From Amoebidium appalachense (lineage: Eukaryota > Protista > Ichthyosporea), in contig CAVNZM010000013.1 in assembly GCA_963693365.1 (NCBI GenBank), forward strand, positions 2,071,817-2,135,816: 64,000 bases of DNA. The letters run 5' to 3'. This document shows, piece by piece, positions 51,585 through 64,000 of this stretch; position 1 is the first letter of the stretch, and each line of letters starts with the position of its first letter. The notes below the pieces were generated by a model. The model worked only from the letters and a program-made list of their open reading frames with translations. It made no database searches and was not told the origin of the DNA. A program made the translations under genes and the position numbers.

Positions 51585-54117
51585 CTAAGATATAAAGCAT
51601 GCCTCCCCCCTGCGCCTGTGTGTGTGTGCCGCTGCCACCACATGTGCGGCCACCAACCCCACCAGTGCGGCCCATGCCCCCGCCTCCTCCCTTGATAGCG
51701 TCGGCACGTGGCACCTTAGTGCATCCACAAAGCACGTGCGGAAGTGTGTGTTCATGCCCGGTGACAGCCCTATGCCTGCATGCAGCCGCCCAAGACCACG
51801 CAGCTGCGTCACTGTGGGTCGAGGGGTGTGTGTTAGTGCCTACATGTGTGCACATGTACCCTATGTGCGCCATGCACGTGTTGCAGTGCAGCATGCCATG
51901 TGTATCCGTTGTGTCCATGTGCAGACAGCAGGAAGGGTGCAAACTCAGAAGTTGGCCTGGGGCGGGAGGATAAAGATGGCAGGTGGGGAGGGGTAAAGGG
52001 GGTTTTGAAGCTTTCAGGCAAAGGCAGGACCTTAGATGTGATAGCTATCGAGGCGGTAATTATGCGTGTGTGTAAGGGGGGGGGGGGGGGGGGGGGGAGG
52101 GGAGAGGGATGGGGGGGGGGGGAGGGGGGGGAGGGGGGGGTTGCTTACCGAGCTTGTCCGGGTTGTCTACGACTCTCAGCAGGTTGGCAATGACTGTGTG
52201 CAGGGCCGCATGGGGGGGCTGGGCACGCTGGGGGCAGGGTTACAAGGTCAGAGCCCAAATGAAGAATGAGGGGCCACGAGGGTGTATGACAGGACAACTG
52301 CTGGGAGTTTCGGGGGGAGGGGGTTGTAAATCGAACCAGTATTCTGAAAAGGCGAGGGTTTGCCATCAAATCTTTAGTTTTTTTTCCTTTCGTTCCTTCT
52401 GTTGGTGGTGGTGGTTGGGGGGGGAGGAAAATAAGTGTAATCACAGTGTGCATATGATGCGACGGGGGAACGGTTGGGGTGTTGGGTGCCAGAGTACTCA
52501 CATTGAACAGTGGCTTTGCCTGCGGGCATGCAGCCATGAACTGAGAAAAGAAAGTTTCCGTAAAAGCCCCCCGTGTGTCTGTGAGGTAGGTCCATGTGCC
52601 CAGCATGTCTGCTTGGTGCCCCCCCACACGGTCAGCCAGCCACTGAGCCATACGTTGAGGGTCTGCTAGAAGGTGGCCCATCTCTGATTGCAGCAGATCA
52701 CTGGCCTGGGGGGATACGTGGTTGGTAGGTGGTATAGGGCCATTGAGAAGACAGTATGGCTAAACACGGAGGTGTGCGGAATGCGGTGTTTTGTTTGCGT
52801 GCGAGGCCGGGATGTGCATCCGCATCCTTTTTTTTTGTTTCCCCGTCAAAAGGGGGAAGAGGGGGGGGGGGGGGGGGGGGGCGATCGAGGAGGAACTTTT
52901 TTTTTTTGATTTCTTAAAGACCTTTTCTTCGCTTTGTTTTTCAGGTCACCGGGAAAGGGGATGCGGGGGGTTACACCAGCACCCACCATGTGGTAGAATG
53001 CATGCCAGGCCTTAGCCACGGCCGGTGTCCACATGTTGCCCAGGCGCGCTCTCAGGCCCACACACAGGGCCGTGCCCAGGTGCGTGAACATGGACGGGGT
53101 GGCCCCTGCTGACACGTGCGTGGCGGCCAGGTCGGCCAGTAGCCCCCTAAGGCGCTGGGGGGTGTCGAGGCACTTGAGCAGCAGGCCGATGGCACGTGCT
53201 AGTTTGACACACATGCGCACTCGGGTGCCTAGGATTAGCTTGGCCTGGGGGGGGGGGGGGGGGGGGGGTGGAGAGGATGTTAGAGGGCTGATTTGATATG
53301 TAGGCAGCCACAAAAATGGTGAAAAGGCAAAAGGTAGCCACCCGTCCACGTAGATTTTCTTTTTTGTTTTGTTGGGATGATTGCGCTTGGTGGCGGGTAG
53401 GGGTTGTGGTGGTGGGGTAGTGGTGGTGGTGTGTGTAGAGTGGTGGTGTTGGTAGTGGTGGTGGTGGTGGGGGGGGGGGGGGGGGGGGAGGGGGGGGGGG
53501 GGGGCTGCACCCACCTCTGGGGCCAGGACAAACAGGTGGGCGTAGATGGCCTCAAACAGGTCCAATGCTGGTGTCTGTGTGCCCGGGGCAGCAAGGCCCA
53601 CATCACGTGATATGGCCGCCTGCCACGTGTCCCTCACCAGTGTCTTCTGCTCCTGGGTTAGCGGCTGCGGTCGGCTGGCACTGCCCGCCTGCCTGCATGG
53701 TGAGTGCTGGATGGGGCGGAATGTATTGCGCCATGAAGACAGCGACACACTGCTGGGGCTGGCTGGGCCTGGATGCTCGGCTGCGGCCCATGGGGTGGGT
53801 AGGGACGTGGCCGAGAGTCTGTGTTGGTCCCGTGGTAGGCCAGGCAGGTTGAACTGGGGGAGAAATCGTGTCTTTCTGTGGGTTGGCGATGCATCCCCGA
53901 CAGTAGTGCTGCGGCCCAGGCGTGAGGACCGGGAGGGGCTGTTTTTTTTGGACTGTGATAGGCCAAAGTCGAGCAGGCTGGCACCCAGGGAGTCACAGCT
54001 GCTGGGTGTGTCCACAGTCAACACCGCGCACTGGGGGGGTTGGGGGTGCACGGCCTTGCACTTGGGCTTGGTCATGGTGGGGGCAGGGCAGGGTGCAGCG
54101 TGCCCGTAGGTGGCCAT
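51585..54117 (-). CDS. Tandem two-domain globin with a Ser/Pro-rich N-terminal extension, about 456 aa
   Basis: Phase-consistent exons 54117-53515, 53244-52987, 52705-52502, 52227-52149 and 51811-51585. Globin 1: LTQEQKTLVRDTW...IYAHLFVLAPE|AK...LADLAATH...FTHLGTAL...WTPAVAKAWHAFY. Globin 2: MLGTW...FFSQFMAACPQAKPLF...LRGLGRLH...HFRTCFVDAL...EEAGAW. The start codon is inferred from the context accaccATGG. Confidence 0.85.
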
Positions 54118-54397
54118 GGTGGTGGGCACTGGTAGCACGTGGCTGGTTGGCAACCAATAAAAATGCGGCACGTGGCACGGCACTGTGCACGCGACTGAGA
54201 AGAGATGAATGCACCAGGCGGACTGAGTCGTAGCTGGCACTCAATGGAGTGGCCAGTGCACACACTGTGACGGATTGTAGTAGTGGGCAGCCGGGCTGCA
54301 CTGGTGATTACTGAGACTTGAAGGATGGTGGTTGGCTGAGTGAAACGGAAGGGATGTGTTTGAAGGCAGCAACTTGAAGGTGCACGTGCACGGGCAG

Positions 54398-54512
54398 GCC
54401 TGATCCCTATTTGGGATATCATCAAGTCATAACCCTTAGAGCCTGCTTTGATCGCCTGATCCCTAGTTAGAATATCATCAAGTCATAAACCTTAGAGCCT
54501 GCTTTGATCGCC
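54398..54512. repeat. 56-bp tandem duplication upstream of the globin gene
   Basis: gcctgatcccta...gagcctgctttgatc starts at 54398 and at 54454. Confidence 0.9.
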
Positions 54513-55549
54513 AGCCCCCAAGCAAAATCAAATTTAGGGCGGCCGCGTTTATTATAAGAGGCCAAAAAAACTTTCGGAAAGAAAGAAGGCTTCGTTATCA
54601 GTACTCTTTATCTTAACTGATTGCGGTCAATCGATATCGGGCACATGATGCAGATATGGCGGTTGGTGAGTCTGTGGGTGGCCTCTCACAATGCACAAGA
54701 AGTCAAGCACATTGCATGTGTTGTCTGTTACTAAGATGTTGTGTGTATGGTGTGAGCACGGTGTAGCCCTGCGGATTGAAGCTGCGTGACATGTCCTTCG
54801 CAGAATGTGCACGTGACTTGAGTTCGTCAAACTTTAGCTTGGCAATTGCAGAAAGAATACAATCTGCTGAGGTCACCTTTGAAGGTCCTGTATGACTTTA
54901 TAACACACTGATGCCTATAGCTACATACTATTTGTAAGATGCTCAGGCCGTGTGGTGACTGGAGGTGTAAGTGTACTAAAACAAGCAGTGAGCCAACCCG
55001 AAATATTTGATGCGCGGGGGTGCGCTCTGGGTGACAGGGCGAAATGGGCGCTGGCCATGACGCGCAGCCCTTTATAGGTCCCCTGGGCCACGCCTGGCCT
55101 GACTGTTGTGCCGACGATACTCGCTCAGGGTCCGGGCCTGCGGGTGGGGCTCCCACTTTTATCATGGTTGTGCTCGGGCGGCATCGTGCGCACGCGTACG
55201 TCAAACTGGGCCCAGTGGACCGCTCTGGGGCCGTCTCGCACCTTCCGTGTCATCCGTGACCTTGTAACAACTTGAAATGGCTCGAAGCGAGGCCGTGATC
55301 AGGCCCATGTCGTATCGACGTGTGTTCCTACTATGCAATGGGAATTTCTGAGAGCTACCTGCCGCGTTCGTTGCCAGGTGGCCCAGACATGCCACCGCAA
55401 GTTCTGAAGGCTCGACTTCTCGGAGCTTTGGGGCGAGTTGGGTCCACATTGGGAGGTAAGTGCACCGTACAGGCAGGCACACGGAATGCATGAATGGGCA
55501 TATATATCAATGGCACTGAAGCACGCGTAAGAAGAAATTTTTAACACTT

Positions 55550-55715
55550 TGCTGCCGTTGCACTTGTTCTGCTGTGCCGTGATATCCGTTTTCAGAGAGT
55601 GTGACCTTCACCATCATACATTCGAATTCATGCTGCCGTTGCACTTGTTCTGCTGTGCCGTACGTGATATCCGTTTTCAGAGAGTGTGACCTTCACCATC
55701 ATACATCCGAATTCA
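55550..55715. repeat. Tandem duplication of about 81 bp
   Basis: tgctgccgttgcacttg...cgaattca starts at 55550 and at 55631. Confidence 0.9.
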
Positions 55716-57860
55716 ATGATCAGACGGTGCAGCGGCGGTGCACTCGAAGATGAACATTGACATGTCGCGTGATGCAAAGTTGAAGAAAGTAGCTATCATA
55801 CCGCGATAAGAACCGCGATATGGTGATATATACAGATATACACTGCTTTCTTCTAAGTTGCAAATCGGCGATGCTAGTGACTGCATTTTTTGGTCGTTTT
55901 ATTATCACATGGGTATATGTATGTGATTCGAATTCCATGACCTTATTATATATCAATGCCGCAGTATTATTATGCATGTGTGATGACGCTTTCTACTTCG
56001 GTATACGCGCGCTCCTCATGCTCTGTATGATATCAAATCAATTAGTTTCGCTAGTGTTCAAGTCTATCCACCTCTGTGAGGCTCCGTCTCACGTGGATGA
56101 CCCAGTGTATACAAAAAAGTGCATGGTAGAAACGGAAGAACGTTGACGTGTGCAGCTGGTGTGTGCGTGGCACCCAACCGTGACGTCAGTGTGTGATGCA
56201 GATTGCAGAAACTTTAATGCGGTGCCCTTTTGTCCAATCGGATGGGGGCCTCGCACCCCATTCCTGCATTCCAAGCGATAAATTTTATCGCTTGGAACAG
56301 ATCCACGCCATCAATTCTTGTCATCTTTCAGTATTTGCTGGAAGCATCCATGGCGCCATGCGTGCCAGGCCCACAACATGGCTTGTGAGTTATTAATATA
56401 GTAATCGAGCAATATGAGCTAATCTTTTATTTTGAAATTCCGACTCCCGGCTACTAGTACTCAGTAATACGTTGGGTATTATCAGGATTCATATGTTCGC
56501 CAGCTATTTTGATATGACATCATAGCTATGACATGGTTCAGGTTCAGGAGGGCCCGGGACCGTCTGAGTGACCGTAGTTGTTGTTCAGTGAGTTCACGTC
56601 CCTCTCTGCTCTTTTTTGAATTTGAAAGTGCACGTCACGTGAGTTCGCTTGCAAACTTGTATGGTGCTCCGACCTACTGAAGCAACTTTGGTCAAACTTT
56701 GACGTGGCGAGGCCGGTACCGGTACGTATACCAACGGGGATATGTACAGTAGAGCCACTGCACATGTACAGGCCCACTTCTATTACCGTGCATATGCATT
56801 CTGCAGTTATCAGAACTAATAAGTTAATAGTTATATAAGTTAGGCCTGCACGTTGTCGGTGTTATCAAAATATCAATCGGGCTGATATGGGGATTGCCAT
56901 TCAAATGATTCAATTGATGTGGCTCGCGAGTGTAGATACTGGTTGGTCCTCATTGGTTGCGCATGCGGGCTGTGAGCTGCAGCCAATGAGGTGCATCGTG
57001 GTGAACACATGGCCCGGGTATGGAACGCATGTTCCATTCATGGCTCACCCAAGGCAATAAAAGTGTGTAAACCCCTGTATCAATTCTGTCTATGTGTATG
57101 GATTATCTGGACAAAAATGTAATACAGTCTCAGAATACGGATTAAGGTGTACTTGAACACGATACAAACAAACAAACAAAAAAAGTATATCCCCACATAT
57201 CATGTCTATTTGAAACGTTATCTCCCCTTAAAATTTGTATGATCAAGTGTAACACCGATTTTATTACATAATATTATCTTGTTGGGTGGAAGTACTGTTG
57301 GCCTTGGTCACGGCCCTCTGAGGGCCGTGCCTTGGTGCCGACAACTCATCACAGCTCACCTACATGTCGATAAAAACAGCGCATTCCCCCCCTATCTATG
57401 TACACTGAAGTGTACACACATGTATGTACAGGCAGGCAAAGAGCCTGCACCAGCTGGCCCAGGGCTCCCGGGCCCAAGAGTAGATCCAAAACTTGACGGT
57501 CCAGAATTTTCCATCAGAATAATAGAACCTTCGATGCAATCGGTGCCACACAGCCACACTGTCACCCCGGAGCCAGGTGAGGTCACAACTTAGGCTAGGC
57601 ATACCGTAGCTGTCTCACTGTATATACATATATACCCGACGGTGACGGTCACCACATAGTAATGGTGGTGTCTTCATATATATGGATTCACATATGAATG
57701 GGTGGCCGCGGGTGTGCTGAGAGCAACTATATCAAGATGTTGGACTCATATTGGTGGTGGTCACCCTGGAGGTTGAATATTAATTCTGTGCAAATTCAGC
57801 CGGGCCCCTCGGGGGCAGGCGCGCGGGGGCGAGGGGGGGGAGGGGGGGATCATAAAAGAT

Positions 57861-57897
<37 letters not shown>

Positions 57898-58316
57898 CGG
57901 CTCCATGGGGGGCCCTGAGGCCTAGGATATCATAATATAATGCCATGAAATGGCCGCATGCACATGGTAGATATGTACGGGTGTTCAAGTTGGGCCTCCC
58001 GGAGCCGGGGGGGGGGGGGGGGGGGGGGGTGGAAGGGGGGGAAGGGGGGGGGGGGGGGGGGAGGGGCCGGGGCCGTTTCAAAGTACCAGCCTTTTTCTTA
58101 TTTCAAAAACGAGTCTCTTGAGTCTTCTATGCCTGCAGCACACTGGCCTGAGAGAGGATCGGACGAGCACGCAGCAGGATGAAAAGGTTGAAATAAGCAG
58201 AAGGCAGGTCACTAAAAGTTGAAATAGGCAGAAGGCAGGTCACTACTACAAGATTTCTTGGGTCAAACATGTGCAACAACGACTGATCACTGCCGGGTGG
58301 GTGGGTGAACCTGTGT

Positions 58317-58471
<155 letters not shown>

Positions 58472-58500
58472 ACGTGTGTGTGTGGAGGAGGAGGAGGGGG

Positions 58501-58534
<34 letters not shown>

Positions 58535-58884
58535 GGGGGGGGGGGGGGGGCGTGGAGCTCGAGGTGGGAGGGCCCAGGGGTCGATTCTTGATGGGGGTGC
58601 CACTGGGCAAACGTTTGGGTGTGATCGGCAGGCAGTCTGAGGCAGACTTCTTGTTTGTCGATTAAAGGGGGGTTGCAGCCGCTACCCCGACTTGACGGGA
58701 TTATGGCAGTGAGGATGGGGTATGGGTTTTAAAAACGAAGGACTCAGAGTTTGCAGTTGGGCCTCTTGTCGGGATGGGGGGGAGGGTGGGGGGGGGGGGG
58801 GGGGAGCAACCGGATGAATTCTAGGGCAGTAAATCAAGGAATCATAATTATCATACACCGTGCAGCGAGCGGGGGGGAGGGGGA

Positions 58885-58927
<43 letters not shown>

Positions 58928-59245
58928 CTCGGAGGGCTTCGGGGGAAGTGGAATGCGATGCCACAGTGTACGCCGGGTAGACGGCAGGGACAGGCTTGCA
59001 TGTGGGTGTGGGGGGCCGGGAGAGTGGAAGTCATGGACGGCTACCACACTTTTGCTTTGGGCTCACGGTGATTCCTGATTGAGGGATGCGGATCATGTGT
59101 TCAACTTGGTGCTTGCGTGGTGGAGGAGCGGGTTTAGGGAGGCGTGCAGGCGGGCGGTGCCGCGGGCAGGCGGGCGGGCAGGGGTGCGGGCAGGCTGGCG
59201 GGCAGGCAGGCTGGCGGGCGGGCGGGAGGTGGGGGGAGGGAGGGA

Positions 59246-59282
<37 letters not shown>

Positions 59283-59397
59283 TTGGCGCCAGCTTTGAGT
59301 ACGCCCAGATTTCACGGAAAAGAAAGGGAGTAGCCAGCAGCTTGGCGAGGCCACAGCCACCGTGGCTCATGGCAGTTCAAGAGCTTGTGCATGCCTT

Positions 59398-59676
59398 GTG
59401 TGGCTAGATTAACACCACATGTGTGGCTAGATTAGCACCACATGTGTGGCTAGATTAGCACCACATGTGTGGCTAGATTAACACCACGTGTGTGGCTAGA
59501 TTAACACCACATGTGTGGCTATATTAACACCACGTGTATGGCTATAGTAACACCACGTGTGTGGCTAGATTAGCACCACATGTGTGGCTAGATTAACACC
59601 ACGTGTGTGGCTAGATTAGCACCACATGTGTGGCTAGATTAACACCACATGTGTGGCTAGATTAACACCAGATGTG
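59398..59676. repeat. 23-bp tandem repeat (tggctagattaacaccacatgtg), about 12 copies
   Basis: Head-to-tail units with no spacers. Confidence 0.92.
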
Positions 59677-60120
59677 TCGTGCACCGCGAATCGGATGCTG
59701 CAAGTGTGGAAATGCTGTGAGCCTCAGCCTTAGTGCTGAGCAAGGGCATGTGTGCACAGACACACTGCACGTAGCATGTGGGTGTGTGGAATTGAACGCG
59801 ACTGGTGGCACGTGTCTTGTGTGGGTGTTCTAGTGGTGTTCCTAGGGGTAGGATGAGGGGAAATAGAGGCCGGGGCTTCGAGAGGGTCCCCGGGGAGAAG
59901 AGGGGTCACGGTGTGGGGAAAGGGGAGATGGGGAAGGGGTGGGGAGGAAGGAGGGGGGGAGGGTGGGGGGGGAGAGTGGGGGGGGGGGACCAGAAAGTGT
60001 CGTTTGCTAACGGAGGAAGGTGGTAAAGGACTCGGAGAAGGGTGGTGGTGGGGTGAGTAAGGGAAGTGAGGTGATGGCTAGAGCCTCATGGTGCATAAGG
60101 GCACGACCCGGTGCAACTGA

Positions 60121-60157
<37 letters not shown>

Positions 60158-60830
60158 CGCACCCCCTGCGCCCACCCGCCCACCCGCTGCTGTTGATGTT
60201 TAAACCTTGCCCGTGTGACGACATGACCCAAACACCCTCCCCATCATTATCTTGTGACACGTGGGGAATAGAATGCCACAGACACCAAATGAAGCACAGT
60301 GACTGGCTGTCATAATATACACACAGTGAGAATTCAGCCCTGAGGTGGGGGTCTTTGGTGGGGTTGAGGGGGAGACGGGGGGGGGGGGGGGGGGGGGGGG
60401 GAGGGGGGGGGAGGGGGGAGGGGGAGGGGGAGGGGGCAAGGGTTTGACACATCCACATGTTCCAAATCGCTACAAAGTATCGCAAAGCGGTGCCCCCCTC
60501 CCCCCTCCTCCCCCATGCAACCCCTCCGTCTGACTGCCCACCTCCCTCCCCCCCCCCCCCCCCCTCTCCCCCCCCCCCCCCCCTCCGGCTCCCCCCCCCC
60601 CTCCCCCCAAGGTTTGCACGCACGCACAAGGCCCACGACACCATAGCACTGCAACATAGTGCACATCATACAAGCATGCCCGCCCTATGCCTGGCACACC
60701 CCCACATGGTAGTCCTGCGGGCACCCACACTGAGCCTAATCACTGAGCTTCCCTACAGCTCAGCATCCTATGGCCAGCGCCCATATATGGGGGGATTGAC
60801 AATACACTCTACCCAACTGTAGATACCCAT

Positions 60831-61052
60831 GCATCCATATATGGCAACGATCCACAGAATCCATATATGGCAGTGATCCACAGCATCCATATATGGCAGT
60901 GATCCACAGCATCCATACATGGCAGTGATCCACAGCATCCATATATGGCAGTGATCCACAGCATCCATATATGGCAGTGATCCACAGCATCCATATATGG
61001 CTATGATCCACAACATCCATATATGGCAGTAATGCACAGCATCCATATAAGG
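60831..61052. repeat. 26-bp tandem repeat (gcatccatatatggcagtgatccaca), about 8.5 copies
   Basis: Head-to-tail units, nearly all containing ccatatatgg. Confidence 0.92.
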
Positions 61053-61327
61053 AAATGATGCAATGCCCGGTCCACAGCATCCCCCTACAGCCAAACACGT
61101 GCCCAGCCAATAGGCATGCATGACGTCACAGGACCATGCAGGCAGGAGGGCTGCCAGACAGGGGACGGCCACATAACATACGGGCAGACCACGTGCAGGC
61201 AGGCACTGGGGAAGTGTATGGCCCATCGGGGTGTGCAGGTGTGTGAGTGAGAGTGTGTGTGTGTGTGTGGTGGTGATGGCGGTGTTTTTTTTTTTTTTTT
61301 TGTTGTTGTTGTTGTTGGGGTGGGGGT

Positions 61328-61366
<39 letters not shown>

Positions 61367-61561
61367 GGGGGGAGGGAGGGGCCCAGGTTGGGCAAGGCAC
61401 AATGCTTTCCTGGCTGGTGAGAGCGTGCAAATGCGCGCGAGATCAAAAGAGCAGTGGGGTGATGGGTGTGGGCTGTGTGCAGTGATGGTGGTGTCACGGT
61501 GGGAGGCCCAGCACTGGCCACGGTGGGGACCCGGGGGGGGGGGGGGGGGGGGGGGGGGGGA

Positions 61562-61812
61562 CAGCATGATGGTTTAGGAACTGCCTCTGAGTTTGTAGCG
61601 ATGTTATTACCCCTCAAGAGCGCTTTTTTGGCTGCCAGAGTATCTATATATTAACTTTTATATATTGTTTTCAGAAATAATATTCCTGCAGGCAGCGCTG
61701 CAGTCGAATAAGTTAGCCAGCAAGGGGACAAAACCAATCTTTTATGGTTAGCCACCTGCCAAAAATGGCGCACAAATGATTGGCTAATTGGGTAAAACCT
61801 GCCATCATACTG
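61562..61812. mobile_element. hAT-like MITE, 251 bp
   Basis: TIR CAGCATGATGG / CAGTATGATGG (10 of 11 match). Both flanks read (G)nA, compatible with a TSD blurred by homopolymer slippage. A related copy lies at 48940-49159. Confidence 0.65.
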
Positions 61813-62010
61813 GGGGGAACTGTATTCAAGCAGGTGCCTACGTCACATGTGCAGGTTGCTTGCTACAGTAGCCCAGACCGTGGCCACCGCATGTACAGCT
61901 CTGGTTGCTCGCACAGCCAACACACGATTGTGCTCAGTCATAGCCTACGGGGTTTGTTGTCGTGAGATCTCCGGAGTGGCACACGTGTTCAGCGTAGCCA
62001 TTTTTGCCCG

Positions 62011-62107
62011 AGGGTTGATTTGCAGGGCAACAGAGCAATATAGAGGGTTGATTGGCAGGGCAACAGGGCAATATAGAGGGTTGATTTGCAGGGCAACAGA
62101 GCAATAC
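62011..62107. repeat. 33-bp tandem repeat, 3 copies
   Basis: agggttgatttgcagggcaacagagcaatatag starts at 62011, 62044 and 62077. Confidence 0.88.
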
Positions 62108-62328
62108 ACCCCATGCATCACGCCCCCCATAGCTCAGCTAATACATGCACTCGGGACCAACCACACAGGGGGCTGCATTAGTGTATATTTACAGTAGCCT
62201 TGTAATCGGGTGGGCGGTAGCCCATGCATATGACACTTGGTCTAATCCTGCAGGTTGCAGCCCTTCGACGTACGCGTACAACCGTAGGACCGACTTGCTA
62301 CTGCAGAAGCAGCACATGCCCATGAGAG

Positions 62329-62367
<39 letters not shown>

Positions 62368-62368
62368 A

Positions 62369-62446
<78 letters not shown>

Positions 62447-63152
62447 AGGAACCACACACTCGCACTTTTCAGATCTGCCGGGTTTGTTTGTTTACTTCGA
62501 CTGACAGTGTGGGCTATGTTCAACAATGTACCTGGTCATCAAGTAAGTGCTGTATACCATGTACGCCGTACAGGACTGAATGCCTACCAGATTCTTCATA
62601 CTGACTTTATTTTACGTCATTCCAAGACCTGCCCTCAATCCATGGGCCCATGCCCTCAATCCATGGGCCCATGCCCCCTTTCAACATGCAGGCCCCACGG
62701 GCACGTTGGCCCACCCACCGGCCACCGGCTCCCTCCCATGACCAATCATTTGCTCACCGTGCCCTGCACAGCCATCCCCACTACTATCCACCATGCACAC
62801 ACCCCATCATATCCTGGCAGGTGTTATCACTCCCCACACAAAAAAATAAATATCCATCCTCGCCTAGCCCCATATTGCCACTAACACCATACTCAAACAT
62901 CCAGGCCAGGCACCATATTTCCACTCTCACAACCCGTAAATCATGGCCAGGCATTACATCCCAACTATCGACAAGTTTAAATTTCTGCCAATCATCAAAT
63001 TCCTGTAGCTACCCGTACATCCAGGCATCATATCTCTACTATGGCCAACCATATATCCCGACCAGTCATATCTCGACCGCATCCACTTGTATATCCCATC
63101 CCATCCAGTCATCTGGACCAGAGCCACTATGTCCCAGCCAGTCATATTTCGT

Positions 63153-63555
63153 CTACTTGTGTGCACTCTGGGCCCTATTTCTATTCTGCTGGGGCGGGGC
63201 CAGCTTTGGGCTCAGTGGTGGCCTGGGGCTCATATTGCCCTGCTCCTCCCACCTGCCGCCGCTATTTCCAGCCGCCCCAGCCCCCCAGGGCCTACTGGGG
63301 CTGGCCGGTGCCAGGGCAGGTGGCCGGTCAAAGAACCGCGGGCTGACAGGGCCCGGCCCGGGAGACCTTGGCCCGGGGGACCGTGGGCTGCTATCGTAGA
63401 TGCGTCGGGTGGCCGGGGACAGGGGGGAGGCCTGGGCCTGGGCCTGGGCCTGGGCACGGGCCTCGGGTCCCCGCCAGTCACGTGATGTGTCCCGTGGATC
63501 AGCAGTGCGCCAGTTGGGTGTCGTGCTGGCGGGTGACCTGGGTCCACTACGGGGG
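63153..63555 (-). CDS. Probable 3' exon of a gene entering from the right edge (Ser-Pro/Arg-rich, disordered)
   Basis: Acceptor (ca)n-cag followed by an open frame PRSGPRSPASTTPNWRTADPRD...SPRSPGPRSPGPGPVSPRFF...AQSAHK-stop. GC-rich, exon-like composition. No domain recognised. Confidence 0.5.
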
Positions 63556-63666
63556 CTGTGTGTGTGGGGGGGGGGAGGGGGGGGGGGGGGGGGGGAGGGA
63601 GTTGTATGTGTGCATGCACACGTGTGTGGCGTATACTGCCCGTGATGGTTTGTTTGAAATGACACG

Positions 63667-63737
<71 letters not shown>

Positions 63738-64000
63738 TGAAAGGTGGCGGTTGAAGGGGAAAAAGGTGTATACGTGAGAAAGTGAGTAGTTCAATGGAGA
63801 AGGCGGTGGTGTGTGCATGGTGGAGGTTGAAGGCGAGAGCGACGGGGGTGTATCCATGGTGAACATTAGCGGAGCGCAGTGTGCGTGTGTGTGTGTGTGC
63901 ACGTGAATGATAGTGGGATGGGGTGCATGTGTGTGTGAGGGTGTGTGTGTAGGGAAAATGGTGGGGAGGGAGTCGATGTGTGGTAGTGGGTGACGACTGA

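Noticed and set aside
55130-55290. Minus-strand RSRMTRKV...EHNHD resembling a FAR1/MULE transposase zinc domain
   Set aside because: The match is too short, the expected Cys residues are absent, and no DDE domain or TIRs were seen.
59020-59140. BACK-domain-like phrase DHVFNLVLAWW
   Set aside because: An in-frame stop lies immediately upstream and no supporting BTB or Kelch exons were found.
59398-61052. 23-bp and 26-bp arrays as CRISPR or telomeric repeats
   Set aside because: Head-to-tail units with no spacers, internal position, and no telomere-like G-rich strand.

Overview
This window is intron-rich eukaryotic nuclear DNA, probably from a unicellular eukaryote (the lineage cannot be fixed from this window alone). 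It is not prokaryotic, and I found no rRNA, tRNA or CRISPR array. Most long ORFs in the supplied track are artefacts of (CA)n/(GT)n microsatellites and poly-C/poly-G tracts. Manual GT-AG splicing, with phase checks and CTRAY-type branch points, reconstructs seven complete genes: (1) a bacterial-type long class I mannose-6-phosphate isomerase fused to a ROK sugar kinase (4319-9359, +); (2) a PA-TM-RING-H2 E3 ligase (14114-17244, +); (3) an LCAT/PLA2G15-like alpha/beta hydrolase (21813-30283, +); (4) a TRIC/TMEM38-like ER membrane protein (30820-35601, -); (5) an ABM-domain protein (37559-39307, -); (6) an RBM26/27-like PWI-CCCH-RRM protein with two homopolymer frameshifts (39855-46492, +); (7) a tandem two-domain globin (51585-54117, -). 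Partial genes are likely at both edges. There are four small TIR-bounded elements, three with clear target-site duplications, a poly-C-flanked dispersed repeat family and many minisatellites. The best candidates for novelty are the PMI-ROK fusion (likely bacterial gene transfer, a possible one-protein hexose entry pathway), the di-globin, and introns with (GT)n after the donor and (CA)n before the acceptor in place of a pyrimidine tract. Family assignments come from motif recognition only; no database searches were run.
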